Below are positions 53,696 through 64,000 of a stretch of 64,000 nucleotides of DNA, piece after piece; position 1 is the first letter of the stretch; the number at the start of each line of letters is the position of its first letter. Origin of the DNA: Octopus vulgaris (Eukaryota). A program made the position numbers and the translations under genes. The stretch covers positions 36,022,001-36,086,000 of the forward strand of contig OX597822.1 of the NCBI GenBank assembly GCA_951406725.2, read 5' to 3'. Under the pieces are notes generated by a model, which had not been told where the DNA came from, did not search any database, and saw nothing but the letters and a program-made list of their open reading frames with translations.

Positions 53696-55356
53696 GCTTC
53701 TTTCAGTTTCTGTCAACCAAATCTACTCACAAGGCTTTGGTTAGCTGGAGACTATAGTAGAAGACACTTGCCCAAGGTGCCACACAGTGGGACTGAACCT
53801 GGAACCATGTGGTTGGGAAGCAAGCTACTTACCACACACGACCACAACTGTATATTTGCATATATGTATTCCCTTCAAGCTTGTATTACTTAGCAACAAT
53901 CTTTTATTTTCCTTTTCTTTTTTTACTGCAAAAGTGGTGGAAACACAAACTCTTTACATGGCAGCAAAATTATGCCATCTTAACTATAAGAACAAATAAT
54001 CTTTTTTACTCTAGGTACAAGGCCCAAAATTTTGGGGGAGCAGCAGGGGCCAGTCGATTAGATCTACCCCAGTACACAACTGGCACTTAATTTATCGATC
54101 CCGAAAAGATGAAAGGCAAAATCAACCTCGGCAGAATTTGAACTCAGAATGTAAAGACAGACAAAATACCACTAAGCGTTTCACCCAGCGTGCTAACGTT
54201 TCTGCCAGCGGGCCGCTTTATTATAAGAACAAATAATGAGTTTTCAATAAGACACTACAGATTCATTTCTGTACACTAAACTAAATCAATAGAAGTCAGA
54301 AAAACTAAAATAACAGATGGTAGGATATATAGAAACACATATTAAACACGAAATCAATTGAGTATGTTTATTTTACAGATAGCTTGTTTGTCTTTATTCT
54401 TTTATTTATTTACTAGTTTCCATTCTTGCATTGTGGCTATGCTGAGGCACTGTTTTAGAGGGTTTTAAGTTAGTTGTATTGAATCCAGTACTTGCTTCAG
54501 TTTGCTGTGTATTCTGTTAGCTTCTGTTTTCAAAGCTACTAAGCTGCAGGACATAAAAATCACCAGGGCGTTTAGATCAGTGGAAACATAAATACATCCA
54601 TATATACATACATATACATATGTACACTCACACACTTATATAATTATAACGAAAGAAAGTCCCCATTTTCTTTAGTTATAATTGCAGAAACTCTGGATAT
54701 TTGTGGATTTTCCACCTTTGATTAAACAGAATTTTAATCGAGGCCATTCCAGCCATGATTATCCTGTCTTTTCGCAACAACTTAGAACCACATTAGCTAA
54801 TGTGCAATATCTATTTTTAAGACAGTAAAATCTGATATGTAAGAGGTTTGGCTGCTATTTCTAGAACATCAATTGACTACATTGAGATATGCTCATTGGG
54901 TTGACTTCCCTGTTTTTATTTGTTTTTTTTTTTCCCCCACATATATATGACATCTGTATTATTTAATTAATAAACAGTTTTGTCCTAATACTCAACTACT
55001 AATTTTCACCAATTTACATTCCTTAGAAATTATTCATTATGTTACGTAGTCATATGTTTTGATACCAATCAACCCACCCATCAGAAACCACTTCTGGTTC
55101 TAAAATACAAAACTACCATATTTAAATTAAAAACTCTATCATGGCTTTATATCTTTTACCTTTTACTTGGTTTAGTCATTGAACTGCAACCATGCTGGGG
55201 TACCCCTATGAAGGGTTTTAGTTGAACAAATCCACCCTGTACTTATTTTTAAGTTTGATACTTATTCTATCAATATCTTTTGCCAAAACATCAAGTTAGA
55301 AGGTTGTAAGCGAAGTAACACCAGTTATCAAGTAGCAGCAAAGCATACACACATGG

Positions 55357-55388
<32 letters not shown>

Positions 55389-56851
55389 CAAAAGGATGTG
55401 TTATAACACTATTCCACATATACAAACACAGCCATACCAACAATCCAACATACCTCCATCATCAGCTGCCCCACGGATATCATTATGGTTTCAACACCTG
55501 GGCAGTACCACTCAATCCAGCAGTGTAAACAGCACTAAAAGAAGTGTTGTTTGGGAACAAACATACAAAAAAAAAAAAACTACAACTTTCAAACATATTT
55601 ATCCTATGTACAACAGTATTCAATCTATATATAGGCAGGATTAAATACTAACTTTAAAATTAAACTATAACAAGAAACACATAAATCTATGTACATCTGT
55701 ATTGGTATTAATAGTAAACCTACAATAACTAAATTATACACTAAATAGCGACCAATCTTTAAGTCCATACAAATGATAATTCCACAAGTCTTCCATAGTT
55801 ACTACTATAATAAAATTAAGTGAAAGCTTTATTTGAATTCTCTCCAAAACAAAACACAATTGAATTTAATTGAATAATATAATTATGAGTGAAATACATT
55901 ATTTCATATACATGCACATGTGTATATATATATGTCCCATGTAGAAGGTGCTCATACAGGCACTGAGTAAAAAGCGCTAGTACTAGTACCATACAGAAAG
56001 TACCTATGCTGGCACCACATATAAAGCACCCAGTACACTTTGTAAAGTGATTTGCTTTAGGAAGGGCATCTAGACATAGAAAACATACCAAAACAGACAA
56101 CTGGAGCCTGGTGCAGCCCTCCCAGCTCCTGTCAAAGGGTCCAACTTGTGCCAACATGGAAAATGGGTATTAAATGATGATGATCATGAGGATGATTATG
56201 TATAGGCTTCTGCACAGTTTCTGTCTACCAAATCCACTCACAAGGTTTTTGATCAGTAGAAAACACTTGCCCAAGATGCCACACAGTGGGACTAAACCCA
56301 CAACCACTTGGCTGCAAAATGAGCTTCTTACTCACACAGATATGTCTGTTTAGATATGTTCAGATATCTTCTAAATGTCAGTTAAATAATGAAATATCTA
56401 ATTTATGCCTTAGTATTTGATATAATCTGATTCATATCAGGACTACTTTATAGGAATATTAAATCAACTACAATATTCCACGGACACTTTATTTAATGAA
56501 CCCCAGGAGAATGAAATTAAAGTTAGCCTTCATAGGAGTTGAGCTTAGAATATAAACAGCAGCAAAGTTAACACTTGAAAGCATTTTGACATATGACCAT
56601 TCTCTTCATCTAGCTTTTTTTTTACTAAATTCTTCCTGATTTCTTAGTATTAGCAAAATTAATAAAAACATATAGGCACAGGTATGGCTGTATGGTTAAG
56701 AAGCTTATTTTTCAGATTCAGTCCTACTGCATGGCTTGTTGAACAAGTGTCTTCTTCTATAGCTCTGGGTCAGCCAATGCTTTGAGCAGATCTTGTTGAC
56801 AGAATCTGTGTGGAAACTTGCCGTCTGTGTGTGCGTGCATAAATATATATA

Positions 56852-57072
56852 TACAGTAATCCCTTGTCTATCGTGGGGGCTACATTCCAAAACCCCTCAC
56901 GATAAGTGAAAATCCACAAAGTAGAAACAGTACTGTATATTTTTATTATTATTATTATGATTTGTATATATTTATTTTATTATAAATGCAAAGCAACACC
57001 ATGGAAGAATCGATGTAAACTTAAATAATAAACTGTGATAGGTGAATCACGATATGGCAAGAGATTACTGTA
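56852..57072. mobile_element. Tigger/pogo-type MITE
   Basis: TA-flanked TIRs cagtaatcccttgtctatcgtg / cacgatatggcaagagattactg. Confidence 0.65.
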
Positions 57073-57411
57073 TGCTCATATATGTTCATGTGTCTTTGTT
57101 CTTCCCCTCTCCTCCCACATCCTGTTTGGTAACCAGTATTCCTTTGTTTGCATCCCTGTAACTTAGTAATTCAATAAGAGACTGACAGAATAAGTACCTG
57201 CCATATTTATGAAATTAGAGCTGGGATCAATTCGTTGAACCAACCCCTTTGGGGCAGTCATTGAAACAAGTAAGAATCAAAAGTTATAGACTGATTCATC
57301 ATCCTCATTGTTCAAGTGTGATAGAAGACGGCAATAATTCTCTTCAGATGTACTACAGGGTAGTACATTTACAATCTTAGATTACGTCTGTGGTTGGATA
57401 CTACAGGTATA

Positions 57412-57820
57412 TACTCTTTACTCTTTTTTACTCTTTTACTTGTTTCAGTTATTTGACTGTGGCCATGCTGGAGCACCACCTTTAGTCGAGCAAATCGACT
57501 CCAGGACTTATTCTTTGTAAGCCTAGTACTTATTCTATCGGTGTCTTTTGCCAAACCGCTAAGTTACGGTGACGTAAACACACCAGCACCGGTTATCAAT
57601 TGATGTTGGAGGGACAAACACAAACACACACATATATATATATATGTATACATATATACGATGGGCTTCTTTCAGTTTCCGTCGACCAAATCCACCCACA
57701 AGGCTTTGGTTGGCCCAAGGCTATAGTAGAAGACACTTGCCCAAGGTGCCACGCAATGGGACTGAACCCAGAACCATGTGGTTGGTAAGCAAGCTACTTA
57801 CCACACAGCCACTCCTACAC
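57412..57820 (-). mobile_element. Family-A SINE (representative; other copies at ~35172-35530, 45795-46105, 53465-53845, 62465-62885)
   Basis: Full head-to-tail match to 5300-5820 in reverse. Confidence 0.85.
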
Positions 57821-58516
57821 CTACTTATATATGTAAAGAAATATCTAAAAATATCTCTCCATAGTCAGGAAAAGGGGTACCAATCCAACTAGTTTCATCC
57901 CAATTTGGAACCTTAATTGAAAACCATGCAGTCATCACTTATCTGCCCACAATGACATTGATTATAGAGTTATAGCAATTAGAGACTTTATTAAACTGGA
58001 AAACCTGATTTACATAATATATTACATGACAGACAATTACACACGTAGTGTCAGCAAAGGTGTGTAATAGACTCTTTCTCTAATTTCATGAGCAGCTTAT
58101 CATAATGTTGATCACCATTTAACGTCAGTTTTCCATGCTTGTAGGAGTCAGATGGAATTTGTTAAGACAGATTTTTCTATGGCTGACTGGAAATGAACGA
58201 CTTTGCTTGCAAAATAATTTTGCCCATTTACAACCATTGCGTGACATCTAGACAAGGGTATACATACACACACATGCGTGTGCAAACACACAACAGGCTT
58301 CCTCCAATTTCCATCTTCCAAATCCATTTATAAGGCTTTAATCTGCCAGGGTCTATAGTGGAAGATACTTACCCAAGGTGCCATACGATGGGAGTGAACC
58401 CAAGACTGCATGGTCAGTAAGCAAGCTTCTCAACCACATAGTAGCATCTACACCTCTGAGTTTTTAATTACACATTTTATTAACAGTTTGTTATAACTTA
58501 CAATTATTGCTGGCAG

Positions 58517-58706
58517 GAAACATATTCGAGATGTTCTAAAAGCACAAATGGCAGACCGAGATCGAATACAGCGGAAGGTTTTTCAAGAAAGAAAATCAGA
58601 GAGTGACAGTGCCATAGAATATGACCAGAAGTGTTGGCAGGAGGATCTGGAGAAATCTCGTGAGAAAATCAGCTACCTTATTCAGTTTCGGGACCAAAAC
58701 AAACAG
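58517..58706 (+). CDS. Second coding exon of the same protein (helical, charged, coiled-coil-like)
   Basis: ggcAG acceptor; phase-2 join gives ...EAY-R-KHIRDVLKAQMADRDRIQRKVFQERKSESDSAIEYDQKCWQEDLEKSREKISYLIQFRDQNKQ; perfect CAG|GTAAGT donor, phase 0. Confidence 0.85.
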
Positions 58707-59296
58707 GTAAGTAAACAAGAACAGATTTATGCTATCATCACTATCATTGTTTAACATCTACTTCTCTATGCTTGCATAAGTCAGACATAGCCATGTTCTA
58801 TATTGAGCCAGATTTTTCTTCAGCCAGATTTCCAAGCAAGGTTAATATTTCCTGAAGTCTATTAAACAAGGAACAGCCTAAACATGATTTTCATGAATAA
58901 CTGTAAACAACTAACAAAGTTCTGGATGAACATTAAGTTTCACTTATAATTTATGTGCACATATCAAGACAAGAAGATACATTTACTCATACCATATTAC
59001 ATATATTTATCTATCTATCTATTTATTTATTTATTTATCTAGCTAGCTAGCTCTTTCTCTTTCTTTCTTTTTCGCTCTCTCTCTCTCTATATATATATAT
59101 ATCATTGCCATCATATATATATATGTATATATATGTATACATACATGAGTGGCTGTGTGGTAAGTAGTTTGCTTACCAACCACATGGTTCCAGGTTCAGT
59201 CCCACTGCATGGCACCTTGGGCAAGTGTCTTCTACTTATAGCTCTGGGCCAACCAAAGCCTTGTCAGTGGATTTGGTTGACGGAAACTGAAAGAAG

Positions 59297-59337
<41 letters not shown>

Positions 59338-60024
59338 GTGTGCATGTGTGTGTGTGCGCGCGCATGTGTGTGTATGTTTACATTAAACTGAAGGATAACT
59401 CAATACTTATCACAGAGTAAATATTTATTATTCTTTAACTAAAATAGTGTTGATAGTGACTTTGAAGTTTCAGCCTGTTTAGCTTTCAGTCCAACAAATC
59501 TGACAAGCAGCAGAGCTGCATTAGTACCCAGTATCAGCTTTGACATAGTTTCTACAGCTGGATGCCCTTCCCTAACACCAACCACCTTATAGGGTGCACC
59601 AAGTGCTTTTTTGTAATTCTGGCACTGGTGAGGTCACCAAGCAGCTTGCAAGACAAAGGAAAAAAAAAAAGAGAGGGAAAAGAAGAAGCCTCTCAACTGA
59701 GGGGGAATGTACTAGAGAGAAGGGGAGGTGGTTCTTTTGCCTGGTGTTGAAGACAAGTGGGCCAAGCACAGGTGTCTTGCTATAGAGGAGATACATGACA
59801 TACATGCATCTATAGACGCACGCACACACATATAAGTAAGAAATTGGGATGACAAAGGAAATAAACAATTCTGTTATGAACTTCATAATTGCTTATTTCC
59901 TTTGTCGGTCCATTTACTTATTGTTCTGTACTCGACTGCTGCTTCATACTGAAGCATGTGAATATTAAGCTCTAACACCAGGTTTTTAGCATTGCAATGC
60001 TTGAGCGAAATATTAAAACACATC

Positions 60025-60290
60025 ATCATCATTGTTCGACCGTGGTCGAGACAATGGAATTTACCATGTTGCGCCAGACTTCACGGTCCATCATAGCATT
60101 ACGGAGGTCCTGTTGCTGGATGCCTGTATCCCTGGAGATTACATCAGGGTAGGAGAGTGTGCGCCCTCTGGTGTTGCGAGTAGATGGCTTCCAGAGGAGA
60201 AGAGTAGAAATTACTTCTTTTTCAGCTCTACAACAATGTCCAGCAAACTGGACTCTCCTACCCTTCACAAGAGATGACACAAATATATGG
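60025..60290 (-). mobile_element. 3' fragment of an RTE-like LINE
   Basis: RRVQFAGHCCR...RGRTLSYPDVI...AMMDREVWR, then (GAT)n. Confidence 0.75.
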
Positions 60291-60530
60291 GAAATTACCA
60301 CCTGTGTCATTAAAACACACACACACACACACACAGGTAATTAGTAAGGGATTCCTTCAAACATTTACTGGTTTGCTCACAGTTAGGTATTCAAAATAGG
60401 CTATTCATCGGTTAGTATTTAAACCCGGTAATAATTCTTATATGATTTCAAGAATTCAAAGATATATTCCATTGGATTATTCTAAATATATTACTTTTAA
60501 CCATATAGGTTTCCTGGAGTAGTCGATATC

Positions 60531-60559
<29 letters not shown>

Positions 60560-60564
<5 letters not shown>

Positions 60565-60760
60565 TTGAGAAGTACACGGAACAAATAGAAGTTGCAATAA
60601 GGGTGGAACACTTGAAGGAAACAGCACTGCTTGGAACTGCTCAAATACTCCGGATGGTGCTCGAAAAATAAGGGGTGTTACCTTGGTTCACTGGTAGTGA
60701 ACAGCTGACACCATAGTACATCTCCAGCATTAGAAGCTGTACAAAGACAATAATAATGAT
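60560..60760 (+). mobile_element. R4/Dong-like 3' fragment in (AAT)n
   Basis: VEHLKETALLGTAQILRMVL, matching the C-terminus of the 43.5-44.2 kb copy; (AAT)n on both sides. Confidence 0.65.
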
Positions 60761-60814
60761 GATGATTATGATGAAGTAGCATTAGCATTACCTTTCATCA
60801 TTTTTTTTATATAT

Positions 60815-61330
60815 AAATACAGCCTCAAATAGACCTACATATGTTTCGACTACGTCTGTTAGTAACTATTGCATTTGGAAACCTTACTATAATACTGGTG
60901 GAGTTTCTTCCGGGTCTGAAATATCCTTTGCAGTTTAACTGGTTAAAGTTTCATGTTGATTTTCTTTGCATTCAACAAAGTGGAGTTATATGATCATTTA
61001 GATGTGAACTATTTTCAATTCCAAGTATTGAATGAATAATCACTTGTTTATTTCTTATAGCCAGTTATAAATTTATAGTCAGATATAGATTTCGTTGTTT
61101 AAGTATTTTTAACTCATTTATATTGAGCAAAGGTAAATTTTTTCATATACAAGCATCTTAAAGCTTGTTCTTGCCTAGAATTTATTATATTATCTTCTGT
61201 TGTAAAAATTTGGTAAAATTCTTCTATACACAAGTCACATTTATTAGTTCCTTGTCTGTACAGACCTTTTTAACAAAAACTTGATCTTCTATAATATTCA
61301 CTACTGATTTTTCAAGCTGTTGAGGAATTC
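60815..61330 (-). mobile_element. Penelope-like element 3' remnant: GIY-YIG C-terminus plus pseudo-LTR with hammerhead
   Basis: 61260-61114 translates YRQGTNKCDLCIEEFYQIFTTEDNIINSRQEQALRCLYMKKF...*, matching the CxLC-xE...NxRxE...CxH..KF tail of PLE endonucleases; HHR ~200 nt downstream. Confidence 0.75.
60831..60917 (-). ncRNA. Degenerate type I hammerhead ribozyme motif
   Basis: AGACC-CGGAAGA-...-GUAGUC-GAAA-CAUAUG-UA-GGUCU: perfect stem I, palindromic stem III ACAUAUGU, core has U>G, stem II decayed. Confidence 0.65.
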
Positions 61331-62689
61331 TCTACTGGCTGCTTGAGCTGCTACAATTGACAGCTGTATTTCCTTTAAAGATATTGAAAAATTCAATTCT
61401 GAAAACAAAATATCAAAAAATAAAGACCAGATGGTGTCACAGCTGGTCAATGCTGGTCAAATATATAGAAATCAATACCAAATGTGAAAAGACTTCTGTC
61501 AAAAAATGTTGTAAAAGCAGGGGATATTCCACAACAAAGGCCATATACCAGACATGTGAACTGACAGGTGATACAAAGCATAAATTAACCTAAGCATAGT
61601 CTATATCACAATAAAATATGACATGGAATATCAGAAGTACAACTGTCGTCTCTCTATAAAACTTCTGATCACCAACAATGAAAGAAGTGCAATAAGTGCA
61701 AGACTGGAAAACAATTGGAGGCATGAGCATAGTCATGTGGTTAAGAAATCTGTTTTGCAACCACATGGTTTTCAGTTCAATTCCACTTCATAGCACCTTG
61801 AGCAAATGTCTTCTACTGTAGTCTCAAGCCGTCTAATACTTTGTGAGTGAATTTGGTATATATATGTGTGTGTCTGTGTGTTTATTCCCCAGCAACCAAT
61901 GCTGATTTGTTTACATCCATGTAACTTAGCAGTTTAGCAGAAGAGACCAGCTGAATAAATACTAGACCAAAGTGATGAGAAAGGATCTACAGATGTTGTA
62001 AATCACAGAGGAGATGATAGGGGACCAAGATTCCTGGTGGTTTGTTGTGTTTGAAAAGACACATCAAGCTAAATAAAAATGTGGTTGCCCTTGAATACAG
62101 GCCTGTCCCCTGCAACCCTCTCCAGCTGAGCATCCCTAAGCTCACGGGCTTGTAGGTGCTGGCGCTGTATAAAAAGCACCCAGTACACTCTGTGCTGTGG
62201 TTGGTGTTAGGCAGGGCATCCAGCCATAGAAACCGTGCCAAAACAGACAGGGAGCCTGAGCAGCTCTCCAGCAGGGTAGCTCCTGTCAAACCATCCAACC
62301 CATGCCAGTACAGAAAACAGATGTTAACTGATGATGATGATGATGAAAAATAAGTACTGAAGTCAATTTGCTTGACTAAAACTATTCAAGGTAGTGCCCC
62401 CAGCAAGGCTGCAATCCAATGACTGAAACAAGTAAAAAATCAAGATATCATGCATTGCATTCTCCTCTCTTTTACTTGTATCAGTCATTTGACTGTGGCC
62501 ATGCTGGAGCACCACCTTTAGTCGAGCAAATCGGCCCCAGATCTTATTCTTTGTAAGCCTAGTACTTATTCTATCGGTCTCTTTTTTGCCGAACCGCTGA
62601 GTTACGGGGATGTAAACACACCAGCATTGGTTGTCAAGTGATGTTGGGAGGACAAACACAGACACAAAAACATATACATACACACACAC

Positions 62690-62733
<44 letters not shown>

Positions 62734-63349
62734 CTATACGATGGGCTCCTTTCAGTTTCTGTCTACCAAATCCACTCACAAAGCTTTGGTCAGCCCAAGG
62801 CTATAGTAGAAGACACCCAAGGTGCCACGCAGTGGGACTGAACCTGGAACCATGTGGTTCGTAAGCAAACTACTTACCACACAGTGAAAAGAAACTATGG
62901 CTTCAACATAGAACTCTTAAAATTTCATTTTACACCTCTAAGAAGGCAAATCAGCTTCAAACCAGATGGAGACAAAATAAGAAAACACAAATTCATGCAT
63001 GTTGAACATGAAGACCACAGGTAACACTTGAATATAATAAATGGAGCATGACAAACACTAGAAATGCAAGCATCCATGATAAAACAAATATCTGTAACAT
63101 GAGAAACATTACTGTACTAAGCATATAAATGCTTCTACTTAACTCACCTGTCACCTATCCAGTTTATATACCATAATTATAACACCTTAATACAAGCCTA
63201 AACATCCTTATAAGGAAGTTTTTAAGCTTCGCTGCACTGATTAAATTGTGTTGATAATGTAACATGCTAATTATATACAAATAAATTCTGGCAACCTCTT
63301 TCTCTTCTTCACATTTCCTAGGACATAGTACACACAATAAAATGAGCAT

Positions 63350-63680
63350 AGCGAAGGTGTGTGGTTCAGTTGTTAGAGCATCAGGCACACAATCATGAGG
63401 TAATGAGTTCAATTCTTGGACCAGGCTGTGTTGTGTTTTTGAGCAAGACACTTTATTTCACATTCCACCAGTTCACTCAACTGTAGAAATAAGTTGATGT
63501 CATTGATGCTAAGCTGTATTGGCCTTTGCCTTTCCCTTGGATAACATCAGTGGCACAGAGAGGGGAGGCTGGTATGCATGGGCGACTGCTGGTTTTCCAT
63601 AAACAACTTTGCCCAGACTTGTGCCTAAGAGGGAAACTTTTTAGGTGCACTCCCATGGTCATTCATGACTGAAGGAGATC
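63350..63680 (+). mobile_element. tRNA-derived SINE (family D)
   Basis: Homologous to 13525-13840. Confidence 0.75.
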
Positions 63681-64000
63681 TTTTCCTACATCATATGAAA
63701 TGTGGAGAATTTCAGAAAGTACCCCATAGTCTAAAACGATTTAACTTGGTCCCCGTGTCTCAAGTGCACATGCACAAAACGAAATTTACGTGGTTCCTGC
63801 ACAATAAGGGTTAATGTGCTCTAAACATTTTAATACAAAAATAATACAAATGACATCAGAGGAGACACAAATGATTTCATTATATCTTTCTTTACTGCTA
63901 GCTATCACTCTGCACCCCTCTATGATATTTTTCATCACCATCTACCACTCTCATTTACCCTCATCCATCTCTATTGCTGGTCATCATTCTCTCCCTCCCT

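Noticed and set aside
59850-59910. Short palindrome gacaaaggaaataaacaatt...aattgcttatttcctttgtc
   Set aside because: Real but short; no ribozyme core or terminal signature to assign an origin

Overview
AT-rich, microsatellite-dense eukaryotic DNA; the repeat families (tRNA-derived SINEs, RTE LINEs ending in (GAT)n) are most consistent with an octopus/cephalopod genome (inference). Most of the window is intronic/intergenic transposon debris: two RTE LINE copies, a decayed Ty3/gypsy provirus with both LTRs (35.5-41.5 kb), stacked R4/Dong-like elements in (TAA)n, mariner/maT relics, piggyBac-, hAT- and pogo-type MITEs, Helentron-like elements and many SINEs. Two phase-compatible coding exons (50561-50943, 58517-58706) of an unidentified, probably coiled-coil, + strand gene are present, and a CpG-retaining candidate promoter lies at ~23.2-24.3 kb. 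The most notable hidden signal is a set of five minimal type-I hammerhead ribozyme (HHR) loci. Three lie in long palindromes at (TA)n tracts, one is attached to a Penelope GIY-YIG remnant, and one sits inside a small element with a tRNA-like Pol III promoter and a Penelope-type inverted end (candidate ribozyme-bearing, Penelope-mobilised SINE). Most short ORFs in the track are microsatellite or repeat artefacts. Repeat boundaries were read by eye and are approximate.
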